Under the pieces are notes generated by a model. That model searched no databases. It was not told the DNA's origin and worked only from the letters and a program-made list of their open reading frames with translations. The translations under genes and the position numbers were made by a program. Of a stretch of 64,000 nt of DNA, positions 26,869-35,812 are shown piece after piece. The DNA is from Candidatus Zhuqueibacterota bacterium (GTDB lineage Bacteria > Zhuqueibacterota > Zhuqueibacteria > Thermofontimicrobiales > Thiofontviventaceae). The stretch spans positions 647 to 64,646 of the forward strand of contig JAZBPW010000114.1 in assembly GCA_036351795.1 (NCBI GenBank), in the 5' to 3' direction. Within the stretch, counting starts at the first letter, position 1, and every line of letters starts with the position of its first letter.

Positions 26869-27588
26869 TCATTTCAAGAGCATGAATTTACCGCAATCCG
26901 TATACATGTCATTATCCGCCGCATCGAAACGTAACCGATAAAGGTATGTTCCGCTGGGCAAGCCGTCCGGCTCCACACGCACCTGATGTTCCCCGGCCAT
27001 GATGTTGTCTATCTTTTGACGCAAAAGAAGCCGTCCTGTTAATGAGTAAACGGTCAGCTCCGCTGACGCCATTTCTACATGACTGCGGAATGTTATGATT
27101 GTCGACTCATTAAAAGGATTCGGGTGGTTTCCCAATAAACGGAAAGATTCGGCCGAAGTTGTGCCGCCACTCGTCACACCGGTCGTAAGGGTCTTCGCCC
27201 GGAAAAGCTGCGAGACGATGACCGTATCGCGCGGTATGTTAAAATCCAGCTGAGCCTCCCCTGTGGCCGGGACATCATCGGGGAAGAAATGAATGCTGAA
27301 TTCCAGACTGTCATTTGGCGGAATCGTACCCAACAGCTCGTTGATCCATGGCGCAGCGCAGACGTCCAGGCAAAGAGAGGTGGTCCACCCTGCCGGGATA
27401 TCATTCGTGACCCTGGTGATCAGGATATTCAATTCATTCGCCGTCAGATTGATGATATGCCCGCCCAGCGCGATTTCTTCGCTGGGCACCCCTTCTCCCA
27501 ATGAATCTTCAACAACCACATGAAAATTCTGAGCAGCGGCCATTGGCGATGTGAACAAAACGATGATAGTCAATAGTAATTTTTTCAT
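26869..27588 (-). CDS. Small secreted protein with T9SS-type C-terminal sorting domain
   Basis: ATG at 27588 gives MKKLLLTIIVLFTSPMAAAQ. The CTD reads LLGNHPNPFNESTIITF..LTVYSLTGRLL..GKFMLLK. An internal CLDVC pair is present. Confidence 0.7.
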   Translation of the reverse strand: MKKLLLTIIVLFTSPMAAAQNFHVVVEDSLGEGVPSEEIALGGHIINLTANELNILITRVTNDIPAGWTTSLCLDVCAAPWINELLGTIPPNDSLEFSIHFFPDDVPATGEAQLDFNIPRDTVIVSQLFRAKTLTTGVTSGGTTSAESFRLLGNHPNPFNESTIITFRSHVEMASAELTVYSLTGRLLLRQKIDNIMAGEHQVRVEPDGLPSGTYLYRLRFDAADNDMYTDCGKFMLLK

Positions 27589-27708
27589 TTTACTTCCTGA
27601 CTTTTGTATTACATGCGAAATCCAGGAATGTAACAATTCAGTTATAATGCCTGAATTTCAAGTATAAAAAGAGCAGCATGACAGGAAATAGCCTGCCATG
27701 CTGACTCA

Positions 27709-29679
27709 TTATTTCAATTTAACGATCTTGATAGTCTGAATGTTCGATAAATGCGCTGCCCTGACGTAATAGATGCCTGATACGACATCATTGGCATTGT
27801 CATCCAAACCATCCCAGCGTATTCTGTGGCGGCCTGCTTCACGCGCTTCAGACAAAAGAGTACGGACAAGCTGGCCGGAGACATTATAGATCGCCACCTT
27901 CACATTTCCTGCTTCCGGCATTTCAAATTCGATCCGTGTATCCGGGTTGAATGGATTCGGATAGTTTTGCATCAGAGCGAAGGAGGCAGGCTGCAATAGC
28001 TCGTCACTTCCGGCCACGGAGGTCACCGGCTTTTCCAGTTTGATCTTTGTGACGGTAGCGATCTCACCCGATGCCATCTCCTGGACGAAAGCGATCAAAT
28101 GACAATTCTCCTGAACAACATTTGGCGGGATCTGAACATCTGTCGTATCAGAGATCACCAGTCCCTTTGCCGGCGGAGCATCTTCTTCATAGAGTGTTTT
28201 TCCATTCTGGTCAGGGTACATCGCTCTGGCGACATGCTGCAGCGAATCCAGCCCCTGCCAGCTTTTGGCGATATGTGATTCGCTGAGAGCATAAAACAAC
28301 CGGTACGATTTCAACAGAGAGACCCCTTCATATTTCGTATTCGTCGTCGCAGTCAGTGCCCCATTACCATGATACATGACATCAAGTTCAATGGAGAATC
28401 CGGTGTTTTCCTCGATGCCGGCGAGATAAAGATCATGATACATGTTATACAACGGAAACCAGTTCGATGCTGAAGATCCGCCGACGACTCCGTTGATGCC
28501 ATTAAATATCGCAGTCGGATAACCGGTAATCCTGTAATAACCGATGCGGCTTCTTGACATTTCATTTTCATAGGAATCACCACCATGATATTCGAGCACA
28601 GCAATATCATCAGGGTAATTGGTGGTCAAATGATCCACACAAACCGCAGAACCGGGACAGTATCCACACCAGGTCCCTGTCGCTTTTTCTATGAGGATAC
28701 GTCCCTTTTTCGAAGTGAATGTGTTTACATCCACGACAAAGATATCATTGCTGACATCCATATCGCTCGGAGCAATGGTCTGTACGAAATATGTGTATTG
28801 AACATTACCGGGAAATGCAATGTATTTGAAAGTGACATCAGCGCTGTTCCCGGGTGCCAGATCGTTCACACTTTTCGTATCGAGTACTTTCATTGAACCG
28901 TCCCACTGATAATACCCGAAATGTACATCGAATGATTCGGCATTCAATCCGACATTCCTGACCTTGCCAACCGGCTGCAGAAATTCGCCGGGTTCATAGT
29001 GCCTATCCAGATTCAGTGACATTGCTTTGACGTCGTGTGCGTCTGGTTCAAGCACAGAGACGTCATCGATATACCAGCGGTCGGCATCGGTCCCCGTATA
29101 GTGAAACGCGATATAAACAGTCGGATTGCCAAGGTAATTTGAAAGATCGATCTCAAACGGATTCCCTGCAAACGTATTGATCACGTGTGAACTGGGTCTC
29201 ATTTCCAGAACCGACTCGAAAGTCGACAGATCAGTCTGCGACGTCGTCGATATCTTAACCGCGTGATAGTTGCCATAATTCGCCCAGTATGATTCATCCT
29301 CATAAAACTCAAGCATTGCGGCAGGTGCATCCGAAAGGTCGACCGCAGGTGTTATCAGCCATTCATCCATGGTCTCATTGGCTGAACAATAATTTAAGAA
29401 GATGGATTGCATACCGTTGTGCGAACGGGACGCCGTCAGCGCCCATTCCTCGTTCGCGTTTCCATTAGAAATGGTTACCCAGCCTTCTGGAATTGTTGCA
29501 CCTTCAAAAGATTCATATAAATGTTTTTTGTAAGGCGCAGTGGGGGACAGTTGAGTGATGACAGGTTGATTGAACACTGTCGCCATCTCATTTTCGTTAA
29601 ACCGCAGCATCTTCACCTGAGCCAGAACAGTCGTGGATGATACGAGAACAATAAGCGCAACCAGTATCAGTCTCCGCAT
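27709..29679 (-). CDS. Secreted multi-domain protein: choice-of-anchor-J-like N-domain, Omp28-related thioredoxin-like domain (CGYC), T9SS CTD
   Basis: Signal peptide, then ESFEGATIPEGWVTISN, then EKATGTWCGYCPGS, and a CTD LMQNYPNPFNPDTRIEF..VAIYNVSGQLV..IKIVKLK. Confidence 0.75.
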   Translation of the reverse strand: MRRLILVALIVLVSSTTVLAQVKMLRFNENEMATVFNQPVITQLSPTAPYKKHLYESFEGATIPEGWVTISNGNANEEWALTASRSHNGMQSIFLNYCSANETMDEWLITPAVDLSDAPAAMLEFYEDESYWANYGNYHAVKISTTSQTDLSTFESVLEMRPSSHVINTFAGNPFEIDLSNYLGNPTVYIAFHYTGTDADRWYIDDVSVLEPDAHDVKAMSLNLDRHYEPGEFLQPVGKVRNVGLNAESFDVHFGYYQWDGSMKVLDTKSVNDLAPGNSADVTFKYIAFPGNVQYTYFVQTIAPSDMDVSNDIFVVDVNTFTSKKGRILIEKATGTWCGYCPGSAVCVDHLTTNYPDDIAVLEYHGGDSYENEMSRSRIGYYRITGYPTAIFNGINGVVGGSSASNWFPLYNMYHDLYLAGIEENTGFSIELDVMYHGNGALTATTNTKYEGVSLLKSYRLFYALSESHIAKSWQGLDSLQHVARAMYPDQNGKTLYEEDAPPAKGLVISDTTDVQIPPNVVQENCHLIAFVQEMASGEIATVTKIKLEKPVTSVAGSDELLQPASFALMQNYPNPFNPDTRIEFEMPEAGNVKVAIYNVSGQLVRTLLSEAREAGRHRIRWDGLDDNANDVVSGIYYVRAAHLSNIQTIKIVKLK

Positions 29680-29687
29680 GTAACCTC

Positions 29688-30869
29688 CTAATGAATTGAT
29701 GATTGAATGATTTCTCCGGTGGTATAATCTTGAATGAAAGCAATGACCTTGCTGTTGGTATAGCTCCAGTCAGGCCAGGAAATAGAATAGGATTTTAGAA
29801 GAGTAGATGTAGCGGTACCCAGATCGTCCCCGTTTCTGGACGATAGGAAGGTGCGAAAAACATAGTTAAAATTCGTCATGCCGTTACTGCCGGGCGGCGA
29901 GGAAAGGTTGATATTGTTTTCGATGACAGATACATACAGCCGCCACGGATTGTTTCCGAATTCTCCATTTAGATTATGGATCTCGACAACAACCGTTAAC
30001 GAACAATCGAGAAGCTTTTTATCAATGGAAATGCCGATATCAGAACGCATATTCGCTTTCTGCGTTTCAAAGACCCCTTTCATTTCCGAAAGATCGAGCG
30101 GATCCACTTTTTCGGAGCCGCCTATCCGCAAGGCGGGCAGGGCAGCGACGGAATAGTCGGATAGTCGCTGGGTGACATCCTGAGGTGAAACCATGTAGAA
30201 TGGATCGTTTGGACTGGGCCAGTTGGCAAAATACTCGATCACGGCCACTTCATCGGCCTGCCGTGAGTTGAGAAATTTATGGAGCGTATCTGTGGCAGCA
30301 ACGCATGGCACGCACGATACATTTGCAAAAGACTCCAGAAGAACACGCTGAATGACGTTCAGACTGGCCTCGATTCGCTGGGTTGAATCTTTCCGGACAT
30401 CGATCATTCGCTCATCAAATTGATAACCGTTCTTCGCCAGTTGGAGCGAGCGCGTTCCTGTCTCCAGCTGCACTGTATCCGGAGTAATATTACCCGTTCC
30501 GACTCCATCAACAATGATATGTGCGCCTGAGGGAACCGAAAATACGCTGACATATCCGAAATCGATCAGTTTCTCAAATGTGAAACCCGCCCGACTCAGT
30601 TTATTTTCTTCAACCTGCACATTCACAGAATCCGGTATGCTGCGATGACCATCGACATAGACATTGACGATATGTGGGCCCACAGCCACATTGCATAACG
30701 TATCGGGCGTTGTCTTACCGGTTGACACAGCATCAAGAAATATATTTCCACTGATTTCACCAGAATCGACTAATATAGAACCAACGGCACCGCTAGTCTC
30801 CAGATCAACAGGTTGTTTTACACCGCAGTTCGCAACCAGGATAATAAGAAATAGAATCTGTTTTTTCAT
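29688..30869 (-). CDS. Lipoprotein with two PEGA-like domains and an Omp28-related thioredoxin-like domain (CVPC)
   Basis: MKKQILFLIILVANC is lipobox-like. PEGA-like blocks are VPSGAHIIVDGVGTGNITPD and LDAVSTGKTTPD. The ESFANVSCVPCVAAT block follows. Confidence 0.7.
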   Translation of the reverse strand: MKKQILFLIILVANCGVKQPVDLETSGAVGSILVDSGEISGNIFLDAVSTGKTTPDTLCNVAVGPHIVNVYVDGHRSIPDSVNVQVEENKLSRAGFTFEKLIDFGYVSVFSVPSGAHIIVDGVGTGNITPDTVQLETGTRSLQLAKNGYQFDERMIDVRKDSTQRIEASLNVIQRVLLESFANVSCVPCVAATDTLHKFLNSRQADEVAVIEYFANWPSPNDPFYMVSPQDVTQRLSDYSVAALPALRIGGSEKVDPLDLSEMKGVFETQKANMRSDIGISIDKKLLDCSLTVVVEIHNLNGEFGNNPWRLYVSVIENNINLSSPPGSNGMTNFNYVFRTFLSSRNGDDLGTATSTLLKSYSISWPDWSYTNSKVIAFIQDYTTGEIIQSSIH

Positions 30870-30958
30870 GCCCTTCTCAAAATTGTTCTTAATATAGATG
30901 TATTTCCCTGTAAAATCAAGTGGATTCAGAAAAATAGTAATTGACGCTCATTTAAAAC

Positions 30959-30987
30959 TTGACATTTGTGATGAAATGTTTTATATT
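30959..30987 (+). promoter_or_regulatory. Consensus sigma-70 promoter of the ileS leader (TTGACA-17-TATATT)
   Basis: TTGACA at 30959-30964, an exact 17-nt spacer, then TATATT at 30982-30987. The same hexamers and spacing recur at 42412 and 60301. Confidence 0.6.
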
Positions 30988-30997
30988 TATGAAATTT

Positions 30998-31087
30998 ATG
31001 ATATCAATAGAGCTGACAATGAAGACCATTATTATTGGAATAATTACGATCATGATACGCCCCCCTCTACAGGCAGAGGGATCCTAG
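30998..31087 (+). CDS. Ile-rich leader peptide of the ileS attenuator (29 aa: MISIELTMKTIIIGIITIMIRPPLQAEGS)
   Basis: Hand-translated; it is the only open frame through the leader. Nine of 29 codons are Ile (ATA/ATT/ATC), seven of them within 31028-31057. An alternative start at ATG 31019 gives a 22-aa peptide. The stop is TAG at 31085-31087. Confidence 0.6.
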   Translation: MISIELTMKTIIIGIITIMIRPPLQAEGS

Positions 31088-31152
31088 CAGGACTTTTTTT
31101 CACGTTTTTACCAAACCCGCTGCCGATAAAATATTTCACAGCGGGTTTTTTT
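31062..31152 (+). promoter_or_regulatory. Transcription attenuator: mutually exclusive hairpins 1:2, 2:3 and 3:4
   Basis: The 1:2 hairpin is CCCTCT(31063-68)/AGAGGG(31075-80). The 2:3 hairpin is GGCAGAGGG(31072-80)/CCCGCTGCC(31116-24), 8 of 9 bp. The 3:4 hairpin is the terminator. A weaker hairpin TCCT/AGGA plus T7 (31094-31100) also lies here. Confidence 0.6.
31114..31152 (+). terminator. Intrinsic terminator inside the ileS 5' leader
   Basis: 9-bp stem AACCCGCTG(31114-22)/CAGCGGGTT(31139-47) running into a T7 tract (31146-31152). It is on the same strand as ileS and 55 nt upstream of it. The upstream gene is divergent, so it does not terminate that gene. Confidence 0.75.
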
Positions 31153-31207
31153 ATTACCTTTCGTTATTTTTTGTATAATTAACAGTCTTAATTCAGGACA
31201 CACAATC

Positions 31208-34200
31208 ATGTTAAAAAAAGTGAATACACAGGCTGATTTTGTAGCCATTGAACACAAGATACTCGATTTTTGGAAAGAGAAAAAATCCTTCGAAAAACTG
31301 GTTGAGAAAAATAAGGGAAACACCCGCTGGTCTTTTCTCGATGGCCCGATCACTGCAAACAATCCCATGGGCGTCCATCACGCCTGGGGCAGAACTTACA
31401 AGGATCTTTATCAGAGATACCACGCGATGCTCGGACACGATCAGAGATACCAAAACGGATTTGATTGCCAGGGACTCTGGGTGGAAGTGGAGGTTGAAAA
31501 AGAGCTTGGGATCAAATCCAAGACCGATATCGACGAATACGGTATTGAAAATTTTGTCAAGAAATGCAAAGATCGTGTTATCAAGTACTCGAAGATACAG
31601 ACAGATCAATCCATCCGACTCGGTTACTGGATGCAGTGGGACAACTCCTATTACACCATGGCGGATATAAACAACTATACGATCTGGCTTTTTCTGAAAA
31701 AATGTTTTGATAAAGGCTGGATTTACAAAGGAAATGACGTGATGCCGTGGTGCATCAACTGCGGTGCGGCGATGTCCCAACACGAGATCGCCACAGAGGG
31801 TTACCGCGAAATGCAGCATATGAGCATTTACGTGACATTTCCCATTGCCGACAGGAAGAATGAGAGCCTTCTTGTATGGACCACGACTCCCTGGACGCTT
31901 CCGGCAAACGTCGGGGCAGCAGTTCACCCGGAATTCACGTACGTTAAAGTCCGGCAAAACGGACACATCTACTATCTCGTGAAGGATCGTCTGCTGGAGG
32001 TCGTCGCTCCGAAAGGCGAATATGAAGTCCTTGAAGAATTGCAGGGGAAATCACTCGAAGGCCTCGAATTTCATTCTCCGTTCGAGGAGCTGCCCGCACA
32101 ACAGGGCGTGACACATCCGGTACTCGTCTGGGATGAAGTGAGCGCCGATGACGGGACAGGAATCGTACATATCGCTCCCGGCTGTGGAAAGGAGGACTTT
32201 GCACTTGGCAAGGAGCAGGGGCTGGCTGCAATCGCGCCGCTTGATCAGTTTGGCACATTTATCGATGGATTCGATTGGTTGACCGGGAAAAATGTCATGG
32301 ACGTTGCGGAGCCGATCATCGCGGATCTAAAAGAAAAACGCATTCTGTACAGAACAGCAAAAATCACTCACCGCTATCCTGTGTGCTGGCGTCATGGAAC
32401 AGAACTCGTCTTCCGCCTGGTTGATGAATGGTTCATCAGGATGGATGAGCTGCGTCACCAGATCATGGAAGTGACCAAAAAGATCAAGTGGATGCCGGAA
32501 TACGGAATGCAGCTCGAGCTTGACTGGTTGAAAAATATGAGCGACTGGATGATCTCGAAGAAGCGGTACTGGGGTCTGGCTTTGCCAATTTTTGAATGCA
32601 GTGAATGCGGACACTTTGAAGTCATCGGCGGCATTGAAGAACTGAAGGAGAGGTCCGTGGAAGGATGGGACAAGTTCGAAGGACACTCCCCTCACAGGCC
32701 ATGGATCGACCAAGTCAAAATCGAGTGTGCAAAGTGTGGCGCCAGGGTAAACAGAATCAAAGATGTGGGCAATCCCTGGCTCGATGCCGGCATCGTCCCC
32801 TATTCCACCATGGGCTATCTTGAGAACAGAGCGCACTGGGAAAAATGGTTTCCAGCCGATTTCATCACAGAATGTTTCCCCGGGCAGTTTCGCAACTGGT
32901 TTTATGCTATTCTGGCCATGAGCACTGTGATGGAGAACAGGGAGCCATTCAAAACGGTGCTGGGGCACGCGCTGGTCCACGATGAGCACGGTGAAGAGAT
33001 GCACAAGAGCTCGGGAAATGCCATCTGGTTCGATGATGCCGCGGAAAAAATGGGTGTTGACACCATGCGCTGGATGTTCGCCGAACACAATCCATTCACC
33101 AATCTGAATTTCGGCTATGGACCAGCAAAGGATATCCGCAAGCATCTGTTGACGCTTTGGAATACATACGCATTCTGGACAAACTACGCAATTCTCGATG
33201 ATATCGATCCCGCCGAACTACAGGCCGATCGCTCTGAAATGGCCGAAATCGATCGATGGGTATTGGCAAAACTTCAGGAACTGACAAAAATTGCACGTAA
33301 AAACTACGATGAGTTCACCATTCTGACATTCATGAAGAAAGCCGAAGAGTTCATCGATGATCTTTCCAACTGGTATGTGCGCAGAAACAGAAGAAGATTC
33401 TGGAAAAGTGAAAAGGATAACGACAAAAAGGTCGCTTATTACACGCTGCACAAGGTGCTGATGGCGCTTATCAAGCTGCTTGCACCTGTCATCCCGTTTA
33501 TCACTGAGGAGATCTATCAGAATCTCGTGGATACGGATGACGAATCCTTTCCGGAATCCATTCATCACTGTGACTTTCCTGAAGTAGAAGATGCATTTGT
33601 GGATGAAAAACTCGTTGCAGAGATTGATCAGGTGATCGCCATAGTGAAGGCTGGCAGAGCCTTGCGCAGTAAAAGCAACATGAAGGTTCGCCAGCCATTA
33701 TCCGAACTGGTCGTGCGGCCGGATGCTTCGATGGACACAGCCTCACTTCTAAAGTATGAAGATCATATTAAGGAAGAACTGAATATCAAGAAGTTGAGTT
33801 TTGTAAAAGAAAACTCTGACCTGGCTCAATATGAATTAAAGGTCGACTTCAAGAAATTAGGACCCAAATACGGCAAGGATGTTCCGCTTATTCAGAAGGC
33901 GTTGTCTCAGATGAAACCGGATGAAGTCGCCAGACAGGTGAAGGCGCAGGTTCACATTGAGGTTCCGCTTGGAGAGAAAAAAGCAGTACTGGAACCTGAT
34001 GAGATCACTATAGAAACGAAAGCAAAGGAGGATTTTGTCGTCCTCGAAAGCAACGGCAGCCTGCTTGGATTGAACACACACCTGAGCGAAGCGCTTCTTT
34101 CCGAAGGTGTCGCAAGGGATCTGGTCAGACACATTCAGGAACTGCGCAAAGAGGCCGATTTTGAGATGAATGACAAAATACATCTCTTTCATGATGCCTC

Positions 34201-34351
34201 CGAAAAGGTACGCCTGGTTTTCGAAAAGCATGCCGACTACATAAAGGCTGAGACGCTCTCCCTGGAAATTCATGATACATTGGAAAGCGATCTGGTGCAG
34301 AAGGAGATCAAGCTGGGATCTGAAAAGCTGGTTATCGGTGTAAAAAAATAA
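31208..34351 (+). CDS. ileS: Isoleucyl-tRNA synthetase
   Basis: 1047 aa. The layout parallels Thermus-type IleRS (GPITANNPMGVHHAWGR HIGH region, GIKSKTDIDEYGIENF, VMPWCINCGAAMSQHE, HKSSGN KMSKS-like region). Confidence 0.93.
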   Translation: MLKKVNTQADFVAIEHKILDFWKEKKSFEKLVEKNKGNTRWSFLDGPITANNPMGVHHAWGRTYKDLYQRYHAMLGHDQRYQNGFDCQGLWVEVEVEKELGIKSKTDIDEYGIENFVKKCKDRVIKYSKIQTDQSIRLGYWMQWDNSYYTMADINNYTIWLFLKKCFDKGWIYKGNDVMPWCINCGAAMSQHEIATEGYREMQHMSIYVTFPIADRKNESLLVWTTTPWTLPANVGAAVHPEFTYVKVRQNGHIYYLVKDRLLEVVAPKGEYEVLEELQGKSLEGLEFHSPFEELPAQQGVTHPVLVWDEVSADDGTGIVHIAPGCGKEDFALGKEQGLAAIAPLDQFGTFIDGFDWLTGKNVMDVAEPIIADLKEKRILYRTAKITHRYPVCWRHGTELVFRLVDEWFIRMDELRHQIMEVTKKIKWMPEYGMQLELDWLKNMSDWMISKKRYWGLALPIFECSECGHFEVIGGIEELKERSVEGWDKFEGHSPHRPWIDQVKIECAKCGARVNRIKDVGNPWLDAGIVPYSTMGYLENRAHWEKWFPADFITECFPGQFRNWFYAILAMSTVMENREPFKTVLGHALVHDEHGEEMHKSSGNAIWFDDAAEKMGVDTMRWMFAEHNPFTNLNFGYGPAKDIRKHLLTLWNTYAFWTNYAILDDIDPAELQADRSEMAEIDRWVLAKLQELTKIARKNYDEFTILTFMKKAEEFIDDLSNWYVRRNRRRFWKSEKDNDKKVAYYTLHKVLMALIKLLAPVIPFITEEIYQNLVDTDDESFPESIHHCDFPEVEDAFVDEKLVAEIDQVIAIVKAGRALRSKSNMKVRQPLSELVVRPDASMDTASLLKYEDHIKEELNIKKLSFVKENSDLAQYELKVDFKKLGPKYGKDVPLIQKALSQMKPDEVARQVKAQVHIEVPLGEKKAVLEPDEITIETKAKEDFVVLESNGSLLGLNTHLSEALLSEGVARDLVRHIQELRKEADFEMNDKIHLFHDASEKVRLVFEKHADYIKAETLSLEIHDTLESDLVQKEIKLGSEKLVIGVKK

Positions 34352-34358
34352 AGAAAAA

Positions 34359-34390
34359 AGCCTGCCAGTGCGTTTTCGCACGGGCAGGCT
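34359..34390. terminator. Long GC hairpin between convergent ileS and the secDF-STAS operon (bidirectional terminator)
   Basis: AGCCTGCCAGTGCG-TTTT-CGCACGGGCAGGCT. It is flanked by an A-rich tract on the + strand, which reads as a T-tract for the minus-strand transcript. Confidence 0.75.
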
Positions 34391-34425
34391 TCGACATTTA
34401 TATAAATTTCAGTTATTTAAAAAGG

Positions 34426-34761
34426 TTAAAAACTCTCTACAGCCTCATCCACGGAATTAAAGGTTTCAAATACTGTGATGAGCTTGGTAATGATCAGAAG
34501 GCTCTGAATCTTATCAGTCACATTCGCCAGCTTCAAATCTCCCTTGTTATTTCGCATCGTCGTTAAACCACTGATCAAAATACCCAGTCCTGAGCTGTTC
34601 ATCCAGCTCACTTTGCCCAAATCTGCAACGACTTTTGACTTGTTGTCGTCAATCAGTGCATGAAGCTTTTCATTCAGAACCGTTGCGTCCGGTCCACCCA
34701 TGATCTTACCGGATAATTCCAGTACGACGATTCCATCCTGTTCACGTTCTTTCAAGTTCAT
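34426..34761 (-). CDS. STAS-domain protein (anti-sigma-factor antagonist family)
   Basis: ATG at 34761 preceded by GAGGAGGG. The sequence includes VVLELSGKIMGG...MNSSGLGILI. 111 aa. Confidence 0.8.
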   Translation of the reverse strand: MNLKEREQDGIVVLELSGKIMGGPDATVLNEKLHALIDDNKSKVVADLGKVSWMNSSGLGILISGLTTMRNNKGDLKLANVTDKIQSLLIITKLITVFETFNSVDEAVESF

Positions 34762-34783
34762 GACAAAGCCCTCCTCTAATTTA

Positions 34784-35689
34784 TTAACTTCTGATTTTTT
34801 CTTTTTGTTGTCTGAGTTGCCATTCGACGACAAAAGGACTTGCAACGAATATTGATGAATAAGTACCTATGATCACACCGATAAGCAGTGCAAATGAAAA
34901 ATTATGAATCACTTCTCCGCCAAAGAAGAAAAGTATGAAAACAACGATCAACGTTGTCAATGATGTTAAAACCGTTCTACTCAGCGTGTGATTGATACTC
35001 GTGTTTACGACTTTTTCGAAATTCTCGCGCCTCATGATTTTCATATTTTCTCTGATCCTGTCGAATACTACAATCGTGTCGTTCAGCGAGTAACCGACAA
35101 TCGTAAGGAAAGCGGCAACGACCGCCAGAGAAATTTCCAGATTCAGCAATGCGAAAACACCGAGTGTGATGATCACATCGTGAAACAATGCGATGACAGC
35201 GCCGACCGCAAATTTAAACTGAAACCGCCAGCTGACGTAGATGAGAATTAGTCCCAGTGCCGCAAGGATTGCCCATATAGCCGCTCGTCTGAGCTCCGCT
35301 CCGATACGCGGACCAACAGTATCTTTTTCTCTCAGTTCGAATGGATTATCAGCCATGTTTTCAGCAAGTTCGGCAGTAGCCAATTCCGACACATCTCCAA
35401 TATCCTGCCGTTGTTCAATTCGAATAAGCACTTCATTTTCCGTGCCGATTTTTTTTATTTCGCTGTTTCCCAAATCGATGCCGGACAGGATATTCCGAAG
35501 TTGACCGACTTCAATCGGCTTTTCGAATTGCAGACGAATCGTCGCGCCACCCTTAAAGTCGATGCCATAGTTCGGACCGCCGCGTAATATTAAAAATGTA
35601 ATGCCAATGATAATCAAAGCCGATGAAATCACTGCACCGATCTTTCGATTTCCTATGAAATCAATATTAACATTTCTTAAAAATTGCAT
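34784..35689 (-). CDS. secF: Protein translocase subunit SecF
   Basis: ATG at 35689 preceded by GAGGAG. The sequence includes MQFLRNVNIDFIGNRK.. and GIDFKGG, followed by six TM segments. Confidence 0.9.
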   Translation of the reverse strand: MQFLRNVNIDFIGNRKIGAVISSALIIIGITFLILRGGPNYGIDFKGGATIRLQFEKPIEVGQLRNILSGIDLGNSEIKKIGTENEVLIRIEQRQDIGDVSELATAELAENMADNPFELREKDTVGPRIGAELRRAAIWAILAALGLILIYVSWRFQFKFAVGAVIALFHDVIITLGVFALLNLEISLAVVAAFLTIVGYSLNDTIVVFDRIRENMKIMRRENFEKVVNTSINHTLSRTVLTSLTTLIVVFILFFFGGEVIHNFSFALLIGVIIGTYSSIFVASPFVVEWQLRQQKEKIRS

Positions 35690-35812
35690 ATAGCTCCTCA
35701 CCCTGAACAAGTTTGTGTTAGAAAGTACGCGGACTTGAATCTCTCTTCCATTAACCGTCGCGCCCGCACTCTGTATATCTGATCACCACTGTTGTAATCG
35801 GTGGTATTGACT

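Noticed and set aside
30898-31182. 94-aa ORF on the + strand spanning the ileS upstream region
   Set aside because: It runs through the consensus promoter and both terminator hairpins in a different frame from the Ile-rich leader peptide. It is low-complexity, AT-driven sequence, and the region is better explained as a regulatory leader.
31211-33145. Long antisense ORFs inside ileS (251 aa at 31211-31966, 272 aa at 32327-33145), and similar ones inside other genes (e.g. 8392-8931, 10648-11136, 12535-13014, 15613-16128, 38158-38739, 44623-45165, 48203-48823, 52125-52775, 57053-57715)
   Set aside because: They are shadow frames opposite strongly supported, motif-bearing CDSs. They have Arg/Ser/Pro-rich compositions and no recognisable domains.
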